From a virus (Duplodnaviria > Caudoviricetes), in the IMG/VR virus record IMGVR_UViG_3300028591_000095, positions 64,001-128,000 of that record: 64,000 bases of DNA, one strand, 5' to 3'. A program made the position numbers and the translations under genes. The notes under the pieces are model-generated. The model had not been told where the DNA came from. It made no database searches and worked only from the letters and a program-made list of their open reading frames with translations. Numbering within the stretch: the stretch's first letter is position 1; each line of letters opens with the position of its first letter. Shown one piece after another: positions 9,024-18,162 of this stretch.

Positions 9024-10346
9024 TTAACCGATAACACCCTTCTGTATAATGTAACCCTGATTTTCAATTTTTGCAGGTGTGATAGGTGTATTATCATCTA
9101 TGCGATTAGTTTTACAATCAAATACGTTTTCAAATCCAAGAGTCTTTGCAGGTATTGATTTTATATTAGGATATACGCTCATATCTCGTATATCAACTAT
9201 AAATTTCGAATCTTCATTCGTATTGAATTCAAGTCTTTTAGTTCCAACATTATAGTCTCTATGTTGATAACCTTGAGCAATTCCTTGACGGTTCATATCT
9301 GTGACTTTATTGAGCATGTCCGAAGCAGTCATACCTCTACCAGATGTATTACCGTTAACCTGACGCTTCATATCCTTTGTAATCTCAACACAATCATTCA
9401 GAATAACCGCTTGAGTTTTAACAGATTGATTCATCAATTGCTGTCTGACTGAACTTGTAGCAGTTTGTGCATTGTTTGCAGCTTGATTAGCTTGTTGTAA
9501 TGATTGATTTACAGACTGATCGATTTTTTGCTGTTGTTCTTGAATCTGTTTAATCATTGCTTGGAAATCACCAGCTTTAATTGTCACAAATCCATCCTGT
9601 TGAGTTGGCTGAGATGTTTGCTGTTGGGTGTTTGGTTGATTCTGTGGAGTTGGTTGTGTAGGATTCTGCGGTGTTGGTTGTGGGGATGGTTGTGGAGTAG
9701 GTTGTTGTGGAGTAGGTTGTTGAGATTGACTCAACTCTTGTTGCTGTTTTTCAAGTAAAGTCTTTTTGATCTGTAAAGCTTTCATCTTCTTTTCAATTTC
9801 AGCAAGCTCAGCTGCGATCTGTTTAAATTCTTGCTCATTCTGCTGATTATCAGGTTGACTCAATGCTTGAACAGCTCTCTGGTTCACTTGTGTGTATTTT
9901 TGAACTTCCTGTTGAAGTTGCTGTGTCTGTGGTGGAGCTTGTACCTGGGTTTCAGGTGGTATCTTCTTTGTGTTGAGAACTACAAAGTTTGACGCTTTCT
10001 TACACCAACCAAGAAGTTTATTGATACCATTCTCAATCTTGTTTGAAAGATTTTGAACAAAGTTATCATTTGAATTGTTTGTAGCATTGCTGATTTTCTG
10101 ACCAACTTTGTCAACAGCTGCGTTACCTTTCTGAATAGCATTATCAAATCCTTTGTCAATCTTTTGACCAACATTTGATACGCCTTGTGTAACAGCTCTT
10201 CCAGCTTTCTGGATATTATCTTTGAAACCAGCTTCCATGCAATAGAATTCCATCACATATTCTTTTTCATATGATTTCATTAATGCCATAAGCACGTTAT
10301 ATTCAGACTCCAGAATTACGTATTCTATTTCCATAGTCATAGACAT
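9024..10346 (-). CDS. putative head/inner-body protein with propeptide and Q/P-rich repeat linker
   Basis: N-terminus ILESEYNVLMALMKSYEKEYVMEFYCMEA paralogous to the 10837 gene; QPTPQ repeats; coiled coils. Confidence 0.6.
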   Translation of the reverse strand: MSMTMEIEYVILESEYNVLMALMKSYEKEYVMEFYCMEAGFKDNIQKAGRAVTQGVSNVGQKIDKGFDNAIQKGNAAVDKVGQKISNATNNSNDNFVQNLSNKIENGINKLLGWCKKASNFVVLNTKKIPPETQVQAPPQTQQLQQEVQKYTQVNQRAVQALSQPDNQQNEQEFKQIAAELAEIEKKMKALQIKKTLLEKQQQELSQSQQPTPQQPTPQPSPQPTPQNPTQPTPQNQPNTQQQTSQPTQQDGFVTIKAGDFQAMIKQIQEQQQKIDQSVNQSLQQANQAANNAQTATSSVRQQLMNQSVKTQAVILNDCVEITKDMKRQVNGNTSGRGMTASDMLNKVTDMNRQGIAQGYQHRDYNVGTKRLEFNTNEDSKFIVDIRDMSVYPNIKSIPAKTLGFENVFDCKTNRIDDNTPITPAKIENQGYIIQKGVIG

Positions 10347-10358
10347 ATAGATTCCTCC

Positions 10359-10832
10359 TTATATAAATATTTTATTTGAGTATAATTGGTTGAGTTCATC
10401 GAATGAAACTCCAATTACAACTTTCTTTGATTTGGAACCGATTGCCATTCTGTCACTGCCTTCAATCTGTAATATCAATGCAGGATTTCCTTCAAGCTCG
10501 TCAATAATACAATCAATGGTGATATCGGTTATTGACAAACGATTACACTGTTCCTCAAGTTCTTCCCTGATCTTCTTAGGAATAGATTTATCATCAGCAT
10601 ATTCGAATAAATATGATTCGATGTTGATACCCAATTCAGGTATCGATGGATACTGACCTGGTTTCATTAATAGGAGCGTCAGTATGATGTTCACAGCCAT
10701 TTCGAATGTGGAGATGACTTTTGGTTTAGAAGCTGAATCATATCCCATAGTTGCATCATAACCTAAGGTCTGAACAGATGATGGATACTTTCTATTGATC
10801 TCTTGGAGCGTAATACCTTTTTCATCTAACAT
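10359..10832 (-). CDS. baseplate wedge protein, gp25-like
   Basis: ILTLLLMKPGQYPSIPELGINIESYLFE resembles the gp25/GPW motif (L.T.PGE.P..PEFG..L..LLFE). Confidence 0.7.
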   Translation of the reverse strand: MLDEKGITLQEINRKYPSSVQTLGYDATMGYDSASKPKVISTFEMAVNIILTLLLMKPGQYPSIPELGINIESYLFEYADDKSIPKKIREELEEQCNRLSITDITIDCIIDELEGNPALILQIEGSDRMAIGSKSKKVVIGVSFDELNQLYSNKIFI

Positions 10833-10836
10833 AATA

Positions 10837-11952
10837 TCATTCCTTTCTTATGACAGGGATATTATCTATCGATACCAGTTCCGTCAGTTGTCGTTTCAAC
10901 AATGCATCGTCTCCACTACCAGGGGTTACATCCCATTCTCCATTGGTTTCATGAGCATTATTGAAATATGTTGCTTCGAAACAGTCAAATGCCCATTTAC
11001 ATAATGACTTAAGGTCAATTTGCGGAATTGAGCCATCAACTAAATCGGATTGTCTAATTGTATAACCAAACGATGTCCATATTTCTCGACCAGTAGCATC
11101 ACGACCATATTTAATATGATCACCACCATAACTTTTATTCACACCTAAGTCTTTATCAAACTCACCACCAAATTCTCTACACAAATCACCGACATACGCG
11201 CTTACCATTATCCAGCAATATCCATTTTGACAACTGTATTTGAATTGGTAAGATCCGCGTTCTGGGTCTGCACGAACAGAATGTTTAGCAGCACTGCTAG
11301 ATGTTGCTAGGAATGCACAAGCGCTTTTAAAGTCGGTACAAAGTGTTCTAATGCTGATATATTTTCCACCTTGAACCGATCCATTTGGAGTTCCAACTTT
11401 TTCAAAAGATTTCTTTAAATTCTCAATAATATATTTCGTTTCTTCAAGAGATTTATTAGTTGAAATCTGTTCTGTTATATTCTTATTAGCTTTAGCAAGT
11501 TCTTCAAGAATTTCCTTACAACGTTGAACATTTGCAATATTCTTCTCGTTCTCAGCTTCATCGAGATATTGTTGAACGGTTGTTGTCATCTTTTCAACAG
11601 CTTTCAAATAATCAGCAAGTGTTTCATTGGATGCTTTTTCAAGATTACCCATAGAATCTTTCAATTTTGAAAACTCTTCTGAACTTTCATCTATGAGCTG
11701 TTTCAAATCTCTGAGATCAGGTTTCGGATCAACTGGTTTGGAATCATCTTTACCGAATAAACGTCTTATCTTCTTTCTGATCCAATCAATTATTCTACGA
11801 CATAATGCAACGAGTCTTTTCAGCAAACCTGGTTTAGATTCACCATCAGCTTCCATATAATAAGATTCCATAAGGAATTCTTTTTCATATGATTTTGATA
11901 ATGACATGAGTACATTGTATTCTGATTCAAGAACAATATCTTGTATATTCAT
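10837..11952 (-). CDS. putative head/inner-body protein, paralog of 9024-10346
   Basis: N-terminus VLESEYNVLMSLSKSYEKEFLMESYYMEA, then an amphipathic helix and coiled coil. Confidence 0.6.
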   Translation of the reverse strand: MNIQDIVLESEYNVLMSLSKSYEKEFLMESYYMEADGESKPGLLKRLVALCRRIIDWIRKKIRRLFGKDDSKPVDPKPDLRDLKQLIDESSEEFSKLKDSMGNLEKASNETLADYLKAVEKMTTTVQQYLDEAENEKNIANVQRCKEILEELAKANKNITEQISTNKSLEETKYIIENLKKSFEKVGTPNGSVQGGKYISIRTLCTDFKSACAFLATSSSAAKHSVRADPERGSYQFKYSCQNGYCWIMVSAYVGDLCREFGGEFDKDLGVNKSYGGDHIKYGRDATGREIWTSFGYTIRQSDLVDGSIPQIDLKSLCKWAFDCFEATYFNNAHETNGEWDVTPGSGDDALLKRQLTELVSIDNIPVIRKE

Positions 11953-11958
11953 TATCAA

Positions 11959-12240
11959 TCACTCCTTTTTTAATTCATCACGTATCATTTCACATATCAC
12001 TGAGGCATCTTTGCCTTTCATATAGAAATCATACAATTTCTCAATCAATAATGTCAGTATGATTGATGTTGACTGTGAAGCATTTGCAAACACTAATTCA
12101 CTTGATAATGATACATTAGATCTCATTATCGTTAATAAGTATTCATCTGATTTATTTGATATATCTCCTTTAGTAGATAATGTAATCACTTCTGGAAATC
12201 TATCAATTATCATCTGAATGGTTTCATGTACTTTACTCAT
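11959..12240 (-). CDS. hypothetical protein
   Basis: Probable ATG at 12240 after AGGGGTG; abuts neighbouring genes. Confidence 0.6.
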   Translation of the reverse strand: MSKVHETIQMIIDRFPEVITLSTKGDISNKSDEYLLTIMRSNVSLSSELVFANASQSTSIILTLLIEKLYDFYMKGKDASVICEMIRDELKKE

Positions 12241-12250
12241 ATAATCACCC

Positions 12251-13000
12251 CTATTCAGGACGATTGTTTGGTGATTCAACATATTCATTATCGAACTCAT
12301 CATAGTTCTTATCAAGAATCTTGATGTAATGCATTCCAGTTCGTTTGCATTCATTTCTCATCATTTGGTCTTTTCTTGCTTCGATATCACGATTATGTTC
12401 CATGAATGATGTGTTGAAGTTACCTTGTTTAATCTCAACATGGAGATTCAATGATGGAATGAAGAAATCTGGAATGTACAGATGTTTGGTTCCGTCTCCC
12501 CATTTGTAATGGAAATCTACTGGGGATGGAGCAATGATATCATCAGGACTCCAGTCCATGCTCTTGAGATGATTCAAGAAATCAACTTCGTAATTACCGA
12601 TAACTCTGAACTTATGATTCTCATCCCATACATAATCACGAGCATCAGCATGATTCATCATCATCTTACGTTGTTGAGCTCCATCATTCAACAGATGTTC
12701 TTTTCCATACACATTAACCATTCTCGATTTCATCATCTTGACGTAAGCTTCCTTACATTTCGGATCATCACAAAGTCGAGCATATTTTAATGTATCATCA
12801 TTGAATGCGACTCTACGTTTACGACACATCAAACACAAACGTCCCATCGGTTTATTGACGAATAATGAATAAGCAAACTCGTATCCATCATCACAATCCT
12901 GAGGAATTTGGTCATTGTGTTTATAAACAACATGATCACAATACTTATGTTTATCATCAAATGATCTGTCACAGAATAAACATTTTACTCTACGACTCAT
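12251..13000 (-). CDS. zinc-finger plus TnsA/gp4-like PD-(D/E)xK endonuclease
   Basis: CLFC...HVVYKH (C2H2), CLMC...CDDPKC, and YIPDFFIPSLNLHVEIK nuclease motif; GGAGG RBS. Confidence 0.7.
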   Translation of the reverse strand: MSRRVKCLFCDRSFDDKHKYCDHVVYKHNDQIPQDCDDGYEFAYSLFVNKPMGRLCLMCRKRRVAFNDDTLKYARLCDDPKCKEAYVKMMKSRMVNVYGKEHLLNDGAQQRKMMMNHADARDYVWDENHKFRVIGNYEVDFLNHLKSMDWSPDDIIAPSPVDFHYKWGDGTKHLYIPDFFIPSLNLHVEIKQGNFNTSFMEHNRDIEARKDQMMRNECKRTGMHYIKILDKNYDEFDNEYVESPNNRPE

Positions 13001-13026
13001 AGTCAAACCTCCTTTAATAAAGAATA

Positions 13027-13054
13027 TTATAGTTTGGTCTCAACCAATGTGTAA
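13027..13054. promoter_or_regulatory. back-to-back divergent late promoters
   Basis: Minus strand GACC-AAACTA-TAA (13027-13039); plus strand AACC-AATGTG-TAA (13042-13054). Confidence 0.6.
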
Positions 13055-13097
13055 TCTATCTCTGATAGAATTAAACTAACGAAAGTGGTGATATTTA

Positions 13098-13625
13098 ATG
13101 AGAGTAAATGTAATGGGTAAAGGTGTTTGCCCTGTTCTCGGTTCGATCTTGCCAATCGTAAATGTTGATATTGATGAAGGAACACTTCTGAGACTTGTTA
13201 ACACACGTACAATCCGTGTATTTGATGCAATCACAGGACTTCAGATTACATCAAGAAATTACAAGAATATCATAATGTCAAGAGTAGTAGCTCCTAAGGC
13301 ACAGGTTGAAACACCCGTTGAACCCGTCAAGGTCTCTCCAAATCCATCGACTGCTAAGAAGAAGTCAACAAAGAAGTCAACCAAGGAAGAGGCTCCCGCA
13401 ACAGTGGAAGCTGTACCAGAGGTTGCTGCAGAGGAGACTCCTTCCGAACCTGTTGAGGCTCCAGTAGAAGTGCAGTCAGAGCCCCAGCCAGAAACTCCTG
13501 AAACAGAAACTCCAGCTGAGACAACAGACACAACCGACGATACAACAGAAGATTCGTCAGCTGAGACTGAATCAGAAGATACTGAGCAGACCACATACTC
13601 ATCAAAGAAGAAGAAGAGAAGATAA
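13098..13625 (+). CDS. hypothetical protein with long acidic P/E/T-rich disordered tail and basic C-terminus
   Basis: 175 aa ending KKKKRR; late promoter upstream, terminator downstream. Confidence 0.75.
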   Translation: MRVNVMGKGVCPVLGSILPIVNVDIDEGTLLRLVNTRTIRVFDAITGLQITSRNYKNIIMSRVVAPKAQVETPVEPVKVSPNPSTAKKKSTKKSTKEEAPATVEAVPEVAAEETPSEPVEAPVEVQSEPQPETPETETPAETTDTTDDTTEDSSAETESEDTEQTTYSSKKKKRR

Positions 13626-13629
13626 GATA

Positions 13630-13649
13630 GGGCGGGGTTAACCCCGCCC
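13630..13649 (+). terminator. hairpin terminator
   Basis: GGGCGGGGTTAACCCCGCCC. Confidence 0.75.
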
Positions 13650-13669
13650 AATTCTTTTATGTCTCAAAA

Positions 13670-13682
13670 AACCAAACCGTAA
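13670..13682 (+). promoter_or_regulatory. putative late promoter of the dockerin operon
   Basis: AACC-AAACCG-TAA. Confidence 0.6.
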
Positions 13683-13708
13683 AATTATACTTTAAAGAAG
13701 GTGATAAA

Positions 13709-14902
13709 ATGGATGAATTCATAAATGAATTTGATTTTGGTATTGATGAAGCGATGACATTTATAATGGAATCTGCTGAAACGAATCTCAGATTGAGAAA
13801 AGAAATCATCGAACCAATCATGAAGGTTCTTGATACCAAAAAGGGTTCTGATGAATATCTGAAGTTTGGTACTGAATTTATTGAAGCTAATGCTGAAATG
13901 CTTGCAAGAGAATTTCCAACTAAACGTGTATCATTCCCAAAGAAATACGTTGATAATATATTCAGTGTATTTGGATTTGATAAAGATGAATTCAAGAAAA
14001 CATTCAAAGAATTATGTGCTGATATCAATGGTAGTGACTTCAAGACTGTAATGGCTACTCCAACGAACATAATTCATACGATTGTTTTATTCTATTCAGA
14101 TATCACATACAATCGTTATGTTAGAGACTCAGCACGTCAACAACTTGCATTGACTGTCTATCACGTTATGTTCAATAAATTCTATCATGGTTTACCAGAT
14201 GAGAAAGTCATGGCATATACATATCTTCATCTTAATAGAAACTGGGCTATCATTAAAGCTGAAGATATGATGACATGGATATCTGATATGGTTGATTCTG
14301 CATATGGATTCTATAAAACCCAACTCACACTGAATACTTCTGCACACACAATCATCAAGTTCTTGAATAGACTCAGAGCACAGATGCGTCAGTCAATGGC
14401 ACAACTTGCAAATGTTTACTTTAAGAATCAGACTGAAGGCAATCGTGTTAATGAAGATTCTACAACTGGAGACAATGAATATATTGTATCTGATGATACA
14501 TCTCAAATCCGTAGTAAACTCATGCAGTTGTTGAAACGTGGTGATACTCTGTATACTACTGAAAGTAATTTGTATACTGGAGTTGGCAGACTCAAGAATG
14601 TTTCATCAAAAGCATTATTTGAATTAGCCCAGCAAGTATCTCATAGAGATATCAGTGAATTGATTGATTTAATATTCTACGTGTTCATAGTAAAAGAAGG
14701 ACATAAGGTTGAAGAAATCAATTCATCTGCATACATCGGTGAGATAACAAACTTACCAACCAAAGTTGATCGTTGTATTCCTGGAAAACCTATCATTGCT
14801 CCATATGTAAAGAAATACAAGGTCAAGAAAGAATTGATCGTCGCATATATCTGTCTTATTGCAACATGGATAATGATGAGGATCAATGACGTTACTAAAT
14901 AA
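13709..14902 (+). CDS. hypothetical protein (helical), first gene of a late operon
   Basis: 397-aa ORF with AAGGTGA RBS. Confidence 0.8.
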   Translation: MDEFINEFDFGIDEAMTFIMESAETNLRLRKEIIEPIMKVLDTKKGSDEYLKFGTEFIEANAEMLAREFPTKRVSFPKKYVDNIFSVFGFDKDEFKKTFKELCADINGSDFKTVMATPTNIIHTIVLFYSDITYNRYVRDSARQQLALTVYHVMFNKFYHGLPDEKVMAYTYLHLNRNWAIIKAEDMMTWISDMVDSAYGFYKTQLTLNTSAHTIIKFLNRLRAQMRQSMAQLANVYFKNQTEGNRVNEDSTTGDNEYIVSDDTSQIRSKLMQLLKRGDTLYTTESNLYTGVGRLKNVSSKALFELAQQVSHRDISELIDLIFYVFIVKEGHKVEEINSSAYIGEITNLPTKVDRCIPGKPIIAPYVKKYKVKKELIVAYICLIATWIMMRINDVTK

Positions 14903-14916
14903 AAGGAGATGATAAT

Positions 14917-16785
14917 ATGGCTAGAGCATTAGGCGATTTGAGTCCTGCAGTTGGTGGTGATGGTGTTATCAACGAAGATGATCTTCAAGCATATCAGGAT
15001 GCCATTGATTTAAACAGAATCCATTCGCATTGGGATAACGTTGAAGACCCTGAAGATCCTGGTCATCGTATTAACAAAATCATTGACATCGATAATGGTG
15101 GTTTGTTAACAGATCAAGCTCGTGTTGCATCATTACACAGAACTGGATTTATATCCAATATCGATAAACTTCTGATTTCATCTTTTATTAATGATCCACA
15201 AGGTGAAACTCTTGAAGCACATATCAATGCTATAGATTCAAAGGAAGTTATTCCTGTACCGGATCCATCCGTTAAGACTCTTGAAGAACTCAGAAGAAAT
15301 ATCACTGATCATATTCAAGAACTTGTTATCTTCCAAGCTCAAGCATTTCTTGAATTGCAGAAGACGGGACCTTCAAGCTTACACGACGTTGAACAGAAGA
15401 TGCAACGTGTATGGGCTGATGCATATAAGTATGATTATGATACAGCAGCTCAGACTGATGCTAACATGGAAGCTGCATTAGAAGTTGATGGAAGCAAATA
15501 TCCTGAGGATGATGGACATAAGAAACTCCCACAGAACATCTATGGTCTCATCGATAGTATCATCAGAGCTCTTACAAAGGTTCAGCTTGATAATGTAATA
15601 TCAGAATATTGGAAACCTAGTGAGGCTCCTACAATATCAGATCCACCTACACCCGAGCAACAGACTAAAGTTATCGATCATATATGGAATGAAACAGGTG
15701 TCGAGAAAGGTCTTTCATTCTACAATGAATGGAAGGATGTTGAACCTTCACCAGAGCCAGGACCAGAACCGACTCCTACTACAGACTTGGTACCTCCAAT
15801 TCCAACAGCAGCAGCACTAACTGGAGATCTTGCTACATGGGTTTCTAATTCAGCAAATGCATCAGATCTTCAAGCAGTCATCGATGCTCAACATCCACAT
15901 CAGATTATTACATGTGCATTCAAATCTGGTGTTACAAATGCATCTACAACGAAATCTGTTGAACTTACATGTTGGCAATATTCATCTGGTACATGGGCAA
16001 AAGCTAAGGATAAAGATGGAAATGATATGGAATTTACCGAAGGCTGTTATGTAGGTGATGCTGGTATCTTCCCAGTATCAGAACTCAAAGAAGGAGATAA
16101 TGCTAAGAAAAATAGAACTCCAGCAGGTGCATTCCAGCTTGGTAACTATACAACCAATACAGACGAGGTTGGTGCATTTGGTATTGATACTGCTTGGGGA
16201 ACTGAAACACCTGACATGCACTATCGTGTTTTAAATGCTAATAATGTACACTGGATTGATCGTGATGGTTGGCTTGCTGGTTTGAAAAACTGGTACAACA
16301 TGTTTGCTAACTGTGATGGTCAACGTGCACTTATTCAGTATAAACGTTTCGATTGGGATACAGGAGTTTCAGGTGGTGTTGCTGATAAAGATGGTAATAA
16401 GTATTCAACTGCAAGTACGGAATTCAAGTATGGTCAGTTCTATACAGTTTCACCATTAGTAGATTCATCAGAATATAAAGAAAATCTGTATGAAGAAACT
16501 TCGAGTTATGGAAGTAAATATTCTTACAACCATGCAGTTGTTATCAGATTCAATATGCCACCACATGTAACTAGACCAGTATTGCCAAAAAACACAGATG
16601 AACAACAGCCAGCATATACATCTGATGGTATTGGTGCTGGATCGGCATACTTCTTACACACATCCAATGGTTCAAATACTGGAGGATGTGTATCTGCAAA
16701 CGATAACGATGTCGTGAAGATAATCAAGTGGTTGAAGCGTAATGATAACCCTTACATTCTCATCAGACTTCCCTCAGGATCATAA
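14917..16785 (+). CDS. dockerin-like module + Pro/Thr linker + L,D-transpeptidase (YkuD)-like catalytic domain
   Basis: N-terminal LGDLSPAVGGDGVINEDDLQAYQ and second repeat LTDQARVASLHRTGFISNIDKLLISSFI; linker EPSPEPGPEPTPTT; C-terminal RTPAGAF...YNHAVVIRFN...GAGSAYFLHTSNGSNTGGCVS (H...TxGC). Confidence 0.7.
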   Translation: MARALGDLSPAVGGDGVINEDDLQAYQDAIDLNRIHSHWDNVEDPEDPGHRINKIIDIDNGGLLTDQARVASLHRTGFISNIDKLLISSFINDPQGETLEAHINAIDSKEVIPVPDPSVKTLEELRRNITDHIQELVIFQAQAFLELQKTGPSSLHDVEQKMQRVWADAYKYDYDTAAQTDANMEAALEVDGSKYPEDDGHKKLPQNIYGLIDSIIRALTKVQLDNVISEYWKPSEAPTISDPPTPEQQTKVIDHIWNETGVEKGLSFYNEWKDVEPSPEPGPEPTPTTDLVPPIPTAAALTGDLATWVSNSANASDLQAVIDAQHPHQIITCAFKSGVTNASTTKSVELTCWQYSSGTWAKAKDKDGNDMEFTEGCYVGDAGIFPVSELKEGDNAKKNRTPAGAFQLGNYTTNTDEVGAFGIDTAWGTETPDMHYRVLNANNVHWIDRDGWLAGLKNWYNMFANCDGQRALIQYKRFDWDTGVSGGVADKDGNKYSTASTEFKYGQFYTVSPLVDSSEYKENLYEETSSYGSKYSYNHAVVIRFNMPPHVTRPVLPKNTDEQQPAYTSDGIGAGSAYFLHTSNGSNTGGCVSANDNDVVKIIKWLKRNDNPYILIRLPSGS

Positions 16786-16803
16786 TGAAAGGAGTTGAAT
16801 ATT

Positions 16804-17289
16804 ATGGCTAGAATATTTGGTGATTTCAATGACGATGGTACCGTAGATGCAAGAGATTCATCTGCTATCGGTGGTTATGTCACAACTCTTAAGAAATGTG
16901 GAACTCCTGAATCTATACCAACTCAAGAGGATATTGATGCTGGTGATGTTTTGAGATTTGGTAAACTCAATATGTATGATTCGAAAGCTATATTGACAGT
17001 ATACGCAATTGACAGTACACTAGAAAGAGATTGGGTTTGTCCAAAAACAGAACCATCTAACTGGGCTACAGCATATAAGAAGTTTTATTACACTGATCCA
17101 CAGACTCAAGAGAGAAAACCTATGAGTGCAATGACACAGTGTCCTTCATTCGATCCTGGTGGAACTGGTTATATCGGTCCATATTGGATCCATGGAAACT
17201 TTGCAGCTAATGTATTTCCTAAGAAACATAATGAGGAACATGATATTGATTACATCGATATCAGTAACTACATATCTGATTTACCATAA
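16804..17289 (+). CDS. dockerin type I domain protein
   Basis: FGDFNDDGTVDARDSSAIGGY and AGDVLRFGKLNMYDSKAILTVY are the duplicated F-hand dockerin repeats; C-terminal TEPSNWATAYKKFYY segment. Confidence 0.75.
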   Translation: MARIFGDFNDDGTVDARDSSAIGGYVTTLKKCGTPESIPTQEDIDAGDVLRFGKLNMYDSKAILTVYAIDSTLERDWVCPKTEPSNWATAYKKFYYTDPQTQERKPMSAMTQCPSFDPGGTGYIGPYWIHGNFAANVFPKKHNEEHDIDYIDISNYISDLP

Positions 17290-17374
17290 CTCACAAGTAA
17301 TCTCATTAGCTAGACTTCCAATATAGGTAGCCGTTGGAACCTCCTTTGAAAACTAATGGGATTTTAAAATATAT

Positions 17375-17396
17375 ACACCCCGGTTTCCCGGGGTGT
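17375..17396 (+). terminator. intrinsic terminator
   Basis: ACACCCCGG-TTTC-CCGGGGTGT then TTTATTTT. Confidence 0.8.
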
Positions 17397-17412
17397 TTTA
17401 TTTTCTCTTTTT

Positions 17413-17432
17413 GTATTTATATCATTATGGTG
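17413..17432 (+). promoter_or_regulatory. putative early promoter
   Basis: GTATTTATATCATT-ATG-GTG. Confidence 0.65.
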
Positions 17433-17480
17433 TACGAAGGAACTCATTTGTACAAAAATTTATCTAGGAGGTTAATCATT

Positions 17481-18161
17481 ATGGGTGTACAGAATGACAG
17501 TAATTTTGAAGGAAGCGTATTTGAGAAATCATTGAACTTTCATAACAAGGATAAGAGTATCGATGACAAACTCAAGGAGCTTCCTAAGTCTGATGGTGCA
17601 TGGCAAAAATGTATCGATGATAACATCGTACCAACTAACCCAGTATATACTGGTGAAGCTAAGGAGGAACCAAAGACTGTTAAGAGACCATCAAAACCTG
17701 AATATTATCTCAACATTGCATCAGTGGTTGCAACACGTTCTACATGTATACGTAGAAAGTTCGGTGCTGTAATAGTAAAGGATGATACAATCATATCAAC
17801 CGGATATGCAGGAGCTCCTCGTGGTCGTGAGAATTGTTGTTCCAGAGGAGAATGTTTCAGAATGGAAAACAATATCCCAGCTGGTACAAGATATGAAGTA
17901 TGTAGATCTGTACATGCTGAAATGAATGCAATCATCAACGCTGATCCTATAAAACGTAAAGGTGCCACAATGTATCTTGTGGGTCTTGAGAATGATGGTT
18001 CATATACAGAAGCAGATTGTTGTTCAATGTGTAAGAGAATGGTAATCAATTCTGGAATAACAAAGATGGTATTCCGTACAAAGGACAAAGGTGTTAGAAC
18101 AGTGGTTGTTAATGAATGGATTGCAAATGATGATTCATTAACTATACATGAGGGATATTGA
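17481..18161 (+). CDS. dCMP deaminase (ComEB-like)
   Basis: RSTCIRRKFGAVIV, STGYAGAPRG, VHAEMNAII and CCSMCKRMVIN zinc motifs; AGGAGG RBS. Confidence 0.9.
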   Translation: MGVQNDSNFEGSVFEKSLNFHNKDKSIDDKLKELPKSDGAWQKCIDDNIVPTNPVYTGEAKEEPKTVKRPSKPEYYLNIASVVATRSTCIRRKFGAVIVKDDTIISTGYAGAPRGRENCCSRGECFRMENNIPAGTRYEVCRSVHAEMNAIINADPIKRKGATMYLVGLENDGSYTEADCCSMCKRMVINSGITKMVFRTKDKGVRTVVVNEWIANDDSLTIHEGY

Positions 18162-18162
18162 T

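Noticed and set aside
9630-9725. Short tandem repeats (GGTTGT/GGAGTA) as a possible CRISPR or VNTR
   Set aside because: They encode the QPTPQ linker of a protein; no repeat-spacer periodicity
12251-13000. TnsA-like nuclease as evidence of a Tn7 transposon
   Set aside because: No TnsB/TnsC or terminal repeats; such nucleases are common stand-alone or head-completion genes in large phages
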